From contig JBITNC010000001.1 in the NCBI GenBank assembly GCA_050084985.1, positions 163,308,001-163,372,000 of the forward strand: DNA of 64,000 bases. The letters run 5' to 3'. A program made the translations under genes and the position numbers. This DNA comes from Nageia nagi. Taxonomy: Eukaryota; Plantae; Pinophyta. Below the pieces are notes generated by a model. It saw only the letters and a program-made list of their open reading frames with translations, was not told the DNA's origin and made no database searches. Positions 24,850-37,075 of this stretch are shown piece by piece. Every line of letters begins with the position of its first letter. Within the stretch, counting starts at the first letter, position 1.

Positions 24850-27800
24850 CTCCCTTAAGGGAAACTTCACCAACCCAATAACATCCCTAAGCTTATAGAA
24901 CTAAGCTTGAGGAAGGGGCTTAGTGAAAAAATTAGAAGAGTTCAAGGTAGATGGATAATACTCTAGGTGTATGATACCATCAAGAACCTTCTTATCAATA
25001 AAATGGGCCTAGATTTCCACATGTTTTGTTATTTTATAGAATACAAAATTCTTAACCAAAGAAATAGCTGATTGATTATCTAAAGAAATAAAAGATGAGC
25101 CAACTTGGTCATACCCAATTTCTTTCAGAATATGCCTTAGTCAAATAGCTTCCTGAGTTGCAATAGACATGGTACAGTATCTAGCTTTTGTGGTGGAAAG
25201 AAAAATAGTAGGTTGCTTCTTGGAAGTCCAAGAGATAGCACTTGAACCAATGCTAAAACACATGTAGAGGTTGATTTCCTATCATCTCTATCTCCCCTAT
25301 AGTTAGAATCAGAGAATCCAAAAAGAACAAATGAGGGTAACTTGAAAAATTTGAAATGCACTCTTTACATTAAGTTAAAAAACTTTCCATCCTTGAGCTA
25401 CAAAAAGAGTACAAAAATTTCTAATAGTGGACATCTTTTCTATAGGAACAAAAGTTTCCTCATAATCAGCATCGTATTTCTAAGAAAAACCTTTGGTTAC
25501 TAACCTTGCCTTGTATTTCTCAATATCTTCAAATGAATTGAACTTGAACTTGTAGATCCACTTATTGCCAATCACATTTTTCTCATTAGGATAAGGAACC
25601 AAATCCCAAGTTTTATTTTTTATAAGCACCTCATATTCCACTTTCATGGATTTCATACAACGCTCGTGCTTTGAATCTTCTTTGAAGGATGAAGGCTCAT
25701 GCTTGTTGTTAATCTTGTTAAATAAGGATTTGTTCAAGGTCATGCTCCTTGTTACCCTTTGAGTTGAAGAGTTTTATTCCTGAAGTGACTTGTCTATATC
25801 AATATCCAACTAGCTAGGAGTAACTAATGAGTCATCTGGATCATCAACATCCTCATTAAAAGCAAATTCTTTAGGAAGTTCATTGAACTTTACATCCCTT
25901 GAAATGAGCATTACTTTATAGGATGGAGTGTAGATCTTGTAGCCTCTATGCTAACTTTCATAACCCATAAAGATGCACTTTTCATCTCTTTTGTCTACCA
26001 TTTTCCTTTTCTCAAAAATAATTTAGGAGAATGCTTCACAAGCAAACACCCTAAGGTGAGAAATGTTAGGTTTTCTTCTTGAAAATGCCTCAAAAGGAGT
26101 TTTACCTTGAATGATTTTTATGGGACACCTATTTAAGGTGTAAATATTAGTGCTCATAGCTTCATCGTAGAAGAAACTAGAAAGATTACCCAGCATGCAT
26201 CTAGCCATATTCATAATTGTCATGTTTTTCCTTTTGAAAACATTATTCTGCTAAGGAGTGTATGGAATTGTAAACTAACTTTTGATTCCATACTTAGCAT
26301 AATAAACATTGAACTCATTGCTATTATATTCTCCCCCATTATCTAATCTTAACATCTTGATTTTAAAGTTAGTTTGATTTTCAACTAAGGCCTTAAAATT
26401 CTTGAAACTCTCAAAGGTTTGATCCTTGTGCTCAAGTAGATACCCAAAGGTCATCCTACTAAAGTAATTAATGAAGGTCAAAATGTAAGATGCCCTTCCA
26501 AGTGACTTAGTCTAAAATGGACACATCAAATCTAAATGCACAAGTTGAAGAGGTTGAGATGCTCTTATTGTCTTATCTTTTTCAAACTTTTGCCTATGCA
26601 TCATGCTGAGGATGCACTTCACACATAGACCAATTGAAGGTGAAATAGAAGGGAAACCTTCCAAAAGTTCTTAATATTTAATGACTTGAATATTCTTATG
26701 GTTAAGGTGCCCTAAACATTGGTGCCAAAGATTTTCTCTAGAACATACGCTTGTAGCAAGACACATCTTTGATGGAACTTGATCCGCAATGTAGAGATCA
26801 TCTTTCACTAACCCTTTAACCAAAGTGGCAAGTCCTTTCTTCATGCACCAAGATTGAGATTTGAACTCAAACAAGTACCCTTTCTTAGAAACTTGGATCA
26901 TAGAGACAAGGTTTATTCTAAGCTTAAGAACATAGAGCACATTATCAATAACCTTCCTATGAATCAACACACTTCTAATTCTTTGGACTTCAAGGATAGA
27001 GTTATCACCTATCACGACCACATCTTTTTTATACTTATGAAAGTTCTCAAAATTTCCCTTTCAAAACATAAGTGATTAGTGTAACCAAAGTCAACAATCC
27101 AATCAGACAAAAAAGTGCAAGACATGGAGTAGAGCACCATAGCAAAACCATCTTGAATATAGTTCTTTACATTTCCATTGGCTTTATTCTTTTCCTCTCT
27201 TTTCTTTTTGTAACAATCAACTTCTTTGTGACCTTGGATACCACAATAGTTACAATTACCATCAAAATTTTTCTTAGGATATGGATTGTTTGCTTTACCT
27301 TTTCCATTTCTTTGCTTGAAGTGGTTGTTGTTACCATTATTCCTATTGCTATTGTTGTTGTTCCTGTTGTTGCCATTATTTCTATAGCTGTTGTTACTTT
27401 TACCTCTTTTCTCAAACCTTTTGGAGGAAGAAGGATAAGATTTCTTTTTATGGTTTAACTTATTCTTGAAAGGAGTTTTAGTTGCTCCAAGAGCCAAGTT
27501 ATTATCCTTAGGAGAAGAAATTGACATCTTTTTATCAAGGGTTTTCTCATGCTTCAAAAGAAGCCTAGAAAGGTTCTCAAGGGAGAAGACTTCTTCTTCA
27601 TCACTAAGCCTAGTTTCCATAACCATCATAAAGTTTCCAAAATTTGAAGAATGATGAAGACCATGAACTTATCTTTGATCCAATTGCACTTACAAGCAAC
27701 AAATTGGCCCTTAGTTCAATGATTTTGTTCAAGTAGATGAAAAAATTTTCATCTTCCCCTTGATGAGATTGAAGCAACTTTTGGAGAATTGTAAACCTTC

Positions 27801-28095
27801 TAGAAAACTTGGATCCAAGGTAGATTTGTTTAAACTTATTCGAAGATTCCTTTGCTAAGGTTGAAGATGAAATCATTAGGAGCACATCAATTGAAACTAC
27901 ATAAAAAATATTGGAGGTAGCCAATTAATTCTTCATGTTATAGGACTCAAGTGTTTTGTCATCTGGAGGAGCAACAAGGTTCTCATTCATAGTTTGCCAA
28001 AGCTTCCTTGCCTACAATTCAGCTCTCATATGAGGTTCCCAAATCCTAAAGTTAGAACCATCGAGAATGTGTTTGGGTAAAAAGGCATGTCCCAT
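24850..28095 (-). pseudogene. Degraded copia gag-pol of element D (most of RT deleted)
   Basis: CNYCGIQGHKEVDC knuckle; WIVDFGYTNH protease; LWHQCLGH; LRLDNGGEY integrase; TWDLVP..KWIYK..YKARLV RT start; GFSDSNYRGDRDDRKSTS RNase H. Confidence 0.9.
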
Positions 28096-28944
28096 TTGAA
28101 CATAAGAATGTGAAAATAAATAAGCATGTGGTTCAATAAATAACATTATCTATTAATTTTTAATCAAATAATACATGTTACCTTTAATTAACTAAGACAT
28201 GCTTGATTTGATTTACTAGTGCAAATGTTTTACAACTCAAATAATAATCCATGTACCCAAATACATTTCTCATTTTAAGAACCATAGATGTAGAGTGAAA
28301 TTATCGAGGCTTGTTTTCTTGTTTAAAATTAGGCCTTCACCTAGATGCCCACACAAGAGGAGCCCAAGTACTACCAATCCTCAACCAGTTTTCTTTGGTC
28401 AGTATTATACCCTCATAAGGACAAGTACATACTATTTTTCAAGATTATGATGTATATTGGATCGACCAAATTATTAATCTTGATTAGGTGTCAAGTTATC
28501 CTCTTAGGTTATCATGATAATTTCTAAATGTACGTATGAACATGTGGTATCACTACACACATGTTTGTACACATATTGGAGTTATGTCCATACCAATAGA
28601 AGACTTAAGAGCAATTGAGAAGTACGAACATTTCACCATTTGAATTATCAAACTTAAAGGATCCAGTCCACCTATCCTCACCTCATGGCTCCCTAAACAA
28701 GTCATGTTGTGGAATGTACATGAAGATGTGTTCATTTTAGGGGGTTTCTCATATCAATGTTTGATTTTTTTTTTTTGCATAAGTAAAAAATACTAAACAT
28801 GAAATAAATCGCATTAAATATTATCCATTCATAACTTGAAACCTAAGTGTCTAATGGGTTTTATTTTCCAACCCCTAAAGGACATCTTTTAAATCATTCC
28901 TAATTTTGCACAAATCCATTCTTGCATAAAAAAGCAAATTGCAT

Positions 28945-29215
28945 CATAACTTAAGTACTAAACACAAGTACTAAGCATTCTTTTAACTTTTAAGTAGTAA
29001 GCATTAACTTAAGAAATTTAAGCTCTAAGCATGTATCATTAACTTAAATATTTAGGTACTAAACATGCATCATTTAAGCATAAGCATACATTAAATTAAC
29101 AAATAAGTATTAAGCATATATAAAATTTTAAGTACTAAGCATAAGCATGCATCATTTTAACTTTAAAAGTTAAGTAATAAGTATGCAACATAAACAAAAA
29201 TTAAGTAATGCATTA
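28945..29215. repeat. Degenerate TAAGTACTAAGCAT short-repeat array in the leader of D
   Basis: About ten imperfect copies of (T)AAGTA(C/G/T/A)TAAGCA(T). Confidence 0.7.
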
Positions 29216-31501
29216 TTCCCATAGTTTTTAGAGAGGCATAAAAAAAAATTCTAAACCATAAAGGATCAAAGAATTAAGTAAAGAACTCATAAATATTCCC
29301 CTCCCTTTTTTTACTTTAAAACATTGATCCCTTCAATGAATGCTTAGAAAAAACAAATTACATATTTTATCATTAGTAATCATGAAAAAATTGCCACTAT
29401 TGCTAAAAAATAAATAAATTAACTTTCTCCATTTAAACAAGTAATCATTATTAAGCCTCAAGGAAATTAATGACAAGTACTAAATTGTGAAAGAGGAATG
29501 CATGGAATCAAAAGAATAGCATTTAATATGACAGATAAGCCCACACTTCACTTGAATGCACCCACCAAATTTAATGCTTTTTGCATTCTCCACATATTAG
29601 ACTAACCATGCATGTCATGATGAGAAAGAAAGACTTGCTTGTAAATCCTAACATTGCTTGTAAGAACTTAAAAAATTATTGCAAAAAAAAAAATTAATGC
29701 ATTCACCAAGAAACATTAAGGAAATTGGTAGATGAGGATTTTAAAAAAGAAGACATGCAAGGTAGAAAGAATGGAGGCATGGGCTACGAGCATAGGGGAG
29801 GTCTTAGCAAAGGAAGAGAGGAGGGAGCAAAGGGCTTAGCAGAGAAAGACCAGAGCAAAGTGAGAAGGGCTATACATAGGATTCACATGAGGAGTGCAAT
29901 GGAGAGGAGAAGAAGAGGGGAATACTAGCAAAGGTCCTAGAGGTTATAGAGTTGACTGTGCCAAGCTCCCATAGTGGTGCACACTGGCAAAGGTTGCAGA
30001 GTTGATTGAGAGGAAGAAGTTTCATGGTGTGAGGAGAGGAAGGCACCAAAAGGGTGTGGGTTCAAATACCACTCTCAACATGTGTGAAGTAAGAATACTG
30101 GCAAAGGTTCCAGAGGTACAGAGGTGAAGGGTAGTGAGAGGAGGCCCGACGATTGGCAGGTTGCGTGTACTATGGCTAATTTGATATCATGTGGAGTTGA
30201 CCTACCATGGTCCAATAAACCTTCGCAAGTATAAATACCATAAAATGCATTTTTAGAATGCATGCTTTCTATTCTAGAGCTTCATTTGCTTTACGGACTA
30301 TAAATATTAAAAGTCCGCAATGACTACTGACTTGGTCTTTATGCTAAGACGCTATAAGAAAAGATTTGGGCTTTCTTTTGGTAGGTAGTGAAATCACAGG
30401 AGATCTATGTGCAAGAAGGGTGGACTTCATTGTTTTAATATCTCATAATGAATTTGAGTCAATTCAATTTTGCAATTTTTGTTTATATCAATATATGAAT
30501 AAAATTGCAGATTTAGCTAAGTTTGGTGCTCCTAGTATATTGTTGTTACTTTCTATTAAAAAAAATTAAAAAATAGCAACAATATATGTTTGAGCAAAAA
30601 ACAAATCGCAACCAACGTTCAAATAATGTTAGCAATGTAACAATAATATGTAACATACATACTTGTTTCAAACATAATGCTATTTTAGCATAATGCTATT
30701 TTGTATATTAACCCTTTTTTTTTAAATTGTAATAAAAAAGATTGCATGTAATATAGAGGGTTAGTAAGCAAATGAAACTTTTGTTAGCCATATTTTTCAA
30801 AAAAAAGACTAACATATAGTAATTAATATGTTAGTAGCAATAGCAAAATAAGCCCAAAAGACAAAATGAAGAACATTATATCTTTTCTTGATTTTACCTC
30901 ACAATGAAGAGTAAGTTGAAGAATGAAGAAGAGATTCCATACCATGGATGTGAAGAGGAGATTCCAAGGAGTTCTGATACCAAATGAAATAACTAAACTA
31001 TAAAATAAGCAATTCTAAACTCCCAATATCACATGAAAGCTCACAATTCACATCTAACAAACTCACAAAGCAATCTCACAAAGATAACTCAAGATGTAAG
31101 TGGTTTCTCCAACTAGGAGTACATCCACTAACTAGATCTCACTTAACAAATATGAACTATTACAATTCTCCTAAACTTTTCTCCTAAATAGTATCTTATA
31201 GCATAACTTTACTCCACAAATTGGTGTTTGATCCAAAGAGGGATCCTTCTATTTATAGACCAAAATCCCTCTTTGGATCACCCTTTTACTCAATGTACAA
31301 AAGCATGACATGCACATCCTTTTACCCAAGGGGCATGCTCATGACATGGAGTGTAGGATAAGTTACATTATCATATTCATTTAAATACTTAAAGTATAAA
31401 ATTATACCCTTAAGTATTAGTGAATTTACAAGGAGGATTATTACAAAACATTTACAATAATGCATTATACATTCCAACAATTTCTATTTTAGAATATTAC
31501 A

Positions 31502-34500
31502 TCTCCACCCTCCCCAAAATTTCTTTCCCTCAAGCAATTCAATGTCGAATGTGTGAGAATATCTATTCCTTCCCATGTGGTATCTTCTTCTGGAAGATAT
31601 TTCCACTTAATCAAGTATTCTTGGAGGATTCTAGATCTCATTCTCCTTTCCTTGGTTTCTAATATCTTTTTAGGTACCAACATCAGCTTTCCCTCATCAT
31701 CACTTAGGGTGGTAATTCCTATGAGGGTGGTACTTGTATCCTAATGAGCTTCTTCAAACAAGAAATATGAAAAACATTATGAATTTTGCATGTGGTGGGT
31801 AGTTCTATATCATATGAAACCTCCCCTATCTTGCATAGTACCTTTTAAGGACCAAATAAATGTGGTCTCAACTTTTTGAAAACTTTCTTATTGAGTGTGG
31901 ACTATTAGTAGGTTTGTAGTCTTAGATACACCATATCTCCTTCTTCAAATACATGTTCAATTTTTCTTTGATTTGCATACCTATTTTTTGATTCTAGGCT
32001 ACCCTTATATTCTCCTTAAGAGACCTCATGACATCTCGAGTATCTTGTAGAAATTCTTTGGTCTTTCAAACTCTACTATAACAAAAAAGTATGTCAATAA
32101 GAGTAGGTGCCTCATACTCATATAGTGCAATGAAACAAGACATCTTGATGAATGAATGATAGGTGTAATTGTATCATTATTATCCAAAATGCAACCACTT
32201 CATGCATGCCTATTGCTATTCTAAAACATAGTTCCTAAAGTAACCCTCCAACCATTTCTTTATTATCTCTATTTTTCCATCCATATAAGGGTGGTAATTG
32301 GTACTAGAAGTCAAGTTTGTTCCACTGAGTTTGAAGAGCTCTTACAAGAATAAGCTCATGAATCTACTATCTCGATCACTTACTATTTATTTGGGAAGCC
32401 CATGAAGTCTAAATATTTCCTTGAATAATAGTTCAACCACTTGTATGATTATGTATGTAACTAAGATAATAAAGAAGTGTGCAAATGTAGTTAGCCTATA
32501 TACAACTACATAAATACAATATTTGCCTTGCATCTTGGGTAGCCTGATGATGAAATCCATGGAAATACTTTCCCATTTTTGCTCTGGAATGGATAGAGTT
32601 TGTAGTAAACCAATAGGGGTTTGTTACTACTATTTTGCTAGAAAATATCACATTACTTCACATGTTTTATAACATCTCTCTCTCAACATTTTATATGTTT
32701 TGTTGAATCCTTGATGTCCAACCATAGGAGTATCATGGAATGCTATGATAAGTTTTCCTTTCATAAGATAGATTATATTTTTGAAGAATATCAACCCCTC
32801 CTTGATCTTGAACCTATTATCATCCATGTTTCTATCCATAAGGCTAGAGGTGAGGGAATTATTTTCATATTCTTCCATGATTATGGCTTTCCAATCAACT
32901 TGAAGAGTGGTGATGGCATAAAAATATAGGTGGTGAGATAAAGCATCTATAACAATATTTTTTTTTCCCTTTGACATATTTTATCTCAAATTTATAGGAC
33001 TATAATATGGTCACCCACTTTTTTTGTCTTTCATTGAGCTTATTTTGGCCCAAAAGATACTTGAGACTGTTATGATCATATTCTACAATAAATTTACTGC
33101 ATACCAAGTACTACTTAAATTTAGCTAACACATGCATAATTACTAACATTTCTTTGTCATATATGTAAAACATTTTCTTGAAAAGAGTGAGATTCCTACT
33201 TTCATAGGAAATTGGCCTCCCTCTTTGCATTAAAATAACTCCAAATCGTACTCTTCATGCATTGCACACCATTGTCCAAGATAGGGAGAGGTTTGAAATA
33301 GATAGGCAAAGGAAGGAACATATGATATTTTTGAGCTTCTCAAAATATTTCTAAGATTCTTCTCCCCACACGAAGGCTTCCTTCTTAGTCAGTAAAATCT
33401 ATCAAAGGATACATAACTTGAGAGAATTTATTGATAAATATTCGATAATGATTGAAAAAACCCCAAAATACCCTTATATGTGTCAAGGAGGTAGGCGTGG
33501 GCCAGTTTTGAATTGCAACAATCTTCTGTTGATCCACTCACACACCTTCATGGTTGACCATATGCCACAAATACAAGATTTCCTTCATACCAAATTCAAA
33601 TTTAGATTTCTTAGTGAAGAATTATTATTTCTCCAAGATCTCCCACATGGTATCCAAGCGTTGCAAGTGATATTTCCATGTATGGCTATATATGAGAATA
33701 TAATTAAAAAATACGAACACATAATCCCTCATATGAATCCTAAAGATCTATTTCATGGCTGACTGGAATATTGCTAGTGCATTGGTCAAACTAAAGGGCA
33801 TCACTAAAAATTCAAAGTGGTCATAGTGACACTTGAAAGCCTTTTTTGGGATGTCACTTTCTCTCATATGGATATGATGGTATCCTAATCTCAGATCTAT
33901 CTTGGAAAAATATTGGGCACCATGGAGTTCATATAGCAATTCGTATACCCTTGGAATTGGGTAATGATTTTTAATAGTCTTATTGTTGAGAATATTGTAA
34001 TCAATGCAAATTCGTAATGTGCCATCCTTATTCTTAAATAACACTATAGAGGTCATAAAAGGGGTAGAGCTTGGCCTGATGAATCCCATGTTGAGGAGTT
34101 CCTTGATAGTCTTTTCAATATCATTTTTGTATATATTATGATACCTATATGGGGTGAACATGATTAGTTTTATGTCAGCCTCCAATTCAATCATATGCTC
34201 AAAATACCTATTTGGTGGTAATTATTTAGGCATAATTTTGAATACAACTTCATGTTTTTCTAGAATGGATTGAATCTTAGGGTGGTAGGAGTGGTATTGT
34301 TGAGAAGAATATGTGGGCATGCTTTTGACCATATGAAACATCACTCTCCACTCATAGTCATTGCTACTCATAATCCTCTCCATATTATGGGCTGTTACCA
34401 CTTGGGGTGGTTGAATTTCCATCCTCCTTAATGAATATTTCTTTCCCTTGCCATATGGATTTAGATCTAATCACCTCCTTTCTTTTTAGAAAGTTTGCTT

Positions 34501-35050
34501 CTTCTTACAATGAGATTAACTTCATTTGAGCATATTTGTCTTTAGATTGACTACCTTTTAAAGATTGCTTCAATATATTGGACCTATTTATAGCATTTCA
34601 AAGATATGTTGAAGCCAAAGCCCCCACTATGCCCTTTAAGGATTCCAACAACCCTTTAATGAACATAAATATCAAACCCTTCTTACTGCTTACATTTACC
34701 CTAAGGAAAATCTTATGAAATTACTCAACATACATGATCATTGTGTCCTTATACCTCAATGTTACCAATTTCCCAAAGAATTCATACTCCTTATTTGATT
34801 CAAATCTCTCTAGAATCCATTGAAAGAATTCATAAATTTTTTGAATAGATATATACTCTTGTGCCCATTTTTCATGTTTCCACCAATCCCATACTACTCC
34901 TTCCATGTGCAAGATAGCCAATTTGATAACATCTTCCTCATACATTAGCTTTAACCAAAAATAGGTTTCTAATTTATGCAACCAATATTTTTTCAATATT
35001 CCTCTTTCTCCATTAAATAATGGGATCCTCATTGAGTCCTCCCCCTGCAC
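31502..35050 (-). pseudogene. Degraded gag-RT-RNaseH-integrase-chromodomain of element C
   Basis: gag WLHKLETYF..LHMEGVVWDWW; RT GFIRPSS..LRICIDY..FSKIDLRLGYHHI..FEFLVMPFSLTNA; integrase FHDTPMVGHQG; chromodomain EYLIKWKYLPEEDTTWE. Confidence 0.92.
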
Positions 35051-35723
35051 GTCTTCATCTTGTGATTGGATGTTATATGAACAAGGTGAGGGAGGTGATC
35101 ATTTATAGGGATGATGCCCTAACATTTCCATCTCATAGTCTCCTTATGTAGTGGGTGTTGAGATCTGACTCCCTTATAAGCTCCTTTGTTAAGCAATTTG
35201 GAAATTATACTCAACAAGGCATAAATATGTTGATCCTTCATAGATATTCTCCTTTCCATCCTCATAAGTTGGAAAGATCTTGTCTCTGATACCATTTTTA
35301 ATATTTTGAATTATACAAATTAGGAATTACCATAAATTATATCAAGAAAAATATGAAAGAGACAAATATGGATGTTAAGCACTCTGATGTAATATTATTG
35401 ATGCTCAAGAGATAATTCCAAATCATCTAAATCACCTTTAGGGCTAGATGTCACACTAGAACTACCCCAAACACAAATATAATGGCCAAGATGGTTGGAC
35501 ATCTGGCTTACTGGCCATATCTAGTATCTATGTAGGCTAGATATGTCTCCTCAATCTTGATGTCACAATCCTGGGCTAATGATCACACTAAAATTAATAT
35601 TGAAGGTATTCTCACTAGGTGTCCAAAGCTTAATAAGGCTCCAAGAATGGAAGGGGATTGATGAGGTTCCATTGATGGTATGAAACCTTGATGATGCTTT
35701 CAATCTTGAAATTAAAAGGTGGC

Positions 35724-36137
35724 TATTAGTATTTGTAATGTAATATTATGTAATATTTCTCTTTAATGTAAATTCACTTAATGCTTAAAGTATATTTAGA
35801 AACCTTAAATCATTAAGGGAATAAATATAGGAAGGGGAATAAATATAGAAACACCTTTAACTTTACCCTTGGGTTAAAGGGAGGTTAAAGGGTGGGTTTC
35901 TTCTTATAAATAGAGAGGTACCCCCCTCCCATATTGTACAACTTAGAAGCAAGTTTTGCTATAGGTTTAGGGTTTGTAGAGAGAGAAGAGATTTTGTAAG
36001 AGAGGTCCTTGAGAATAAGATCTTAGTTAGTGGATGTACTCCCAAGGAGGGAGGAACCATTATTGTGTTGATGTTGTAAGTGCCTTTTTGAGATCTTGGT
36101 AAACTAGAGATTAATTTAGAAAGAGTTAATTTCATCA
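35724..36137 (+). mobile_element. Solo LTR of a copia family related to D, inserted in the 5' (right) LTR of C
   Basis: 414 bp absent from the other C LTR; ends TATTAG(TGTTAG-like)...TTCATCA; TSD GTGGC/GTGGA; TATAAATAG box; shares TTAGTGGATGTACTCC..GGAGGAACCA with the reverse complement of the D LTR. Confidence 0.85.
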
Positions 36138-36542
36138 GTGGAGTTGGCTAATTAGAAAATAGAATGATTATGTATGTAAATATATCCCTCTCCCATGCAT
36201 TAAATTCTCCTTATACCTAAACATCACACCTGGAGGCTAGATGTTCACCTTGGGATCCCTACATTGGCTTGGATCATGCATGATTGGATGTTGGGCATGA
36301 ATGTACCTTGTACTCATGGAAATCACTTCTAGATGTTTGAAATACCTTACTCTCCTCAAGGAAGACCAATATCCCTCTTGCGGATCACAATTATCCTTGA
36401 GATCTAAAAAATAATAATAAATGGGCCTAATCTTTGCTAAACGAGGGGCTTTACAAATAATAATACAAAATCATTCCTAATTAATTACAAAGCATAATTT
36501 TAGATTTATTTAATTATGTAATTTCCATTTTGGAATATTACA

Positions 36543-37075
36543 TAAAGCTTTGAAGGTGCGAAATAATATAAAATTGACTAATTATTGCATGGTAAGAGCG
36601 ATGATGTTAGAAAGAGTATGAGCACAATGTGATAAGACTTTGTAGGGCATGATAAGGTATGACACAACACAAAATGATATGGAAAATAATGAATAACAAA
36701 GCACCAAAATATGTTAGTTGATCAAGGAAAGCTCTCGAGAATCTTAAAACATGTTCTATCTTGAAGATGGAGATCCAACAATGCTTTCAAGGGTCTAAAA
36801 AAAGATTCAATCAAATGTAAGAGGGAAAATATAGTTTGGATGTGATTCTATTAAGAAAAATCATGAAATTGAATAGATAAGTCAAAGAATTAAGTATACA
36901 ATTTTGTCTGATATGCTAAATAGGGAAACAAGAATACAAATTAAAATATCTCACTACTTAAAGTATAAAATGATAATCTGTCTAATACGTAGAACCCAAA
37001 ATATGGACTTAACAGTAAGAAATACATCAAACCAACTTTAAGATGCCTGCATGGAGACATCGAATCATACATAAA
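36543..37075 (-). mobile_element. Leader fragment of a second copy of copia family E (host of C; continues at ~22767-22835)
   Basis: Aligns by eye with 40790-41385. Confidence 0.7.

Larger units (their letters stand above)
23628..31479 (-). mobile_element. Ty1/copia retrotransposon D nested in the 3' (left) LTR of C
   Basis: 495-bp LTRs 23628-24122 and 30985-31479 (TGAAA...CCAACA); TSD ATTTG/ATTTC; PBS rc TGGTATCAGAAC 30971-30982; PPT CTCCCCCTT 24123-24131. Confidence 0.93.
22836..36542 (-). mobile_element. Chromovirus-type Ty3/gypsy retrotransposon C (both LTRs interrupted)
   Basis: LTRs TGTAATATTCC...GGAATATTACA: left 22836-23627 + 31480-31501, right 35297-36542. PBS (rc TGGTATCAGAGAC) 35282-35294; PPT 31502-31520. 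Confidence 0.9.

Noticed and set aside
27072-27458. Hydrophobic 128-aa plus-strand ORF (membrane/env-like)
   Set aside because: Antisense shadow of the Asn/Lys-rich copia gag.
29725-29928. Extra antisense protein in copia D
   Set aside because: Short, low-complexity purine-rich ORF with no motif.
22831-36547. TSD for element C
   Set aside because: Flanks GAAGA and TAAAG do not match; boundaries rest on LTR termini and host continuity only.
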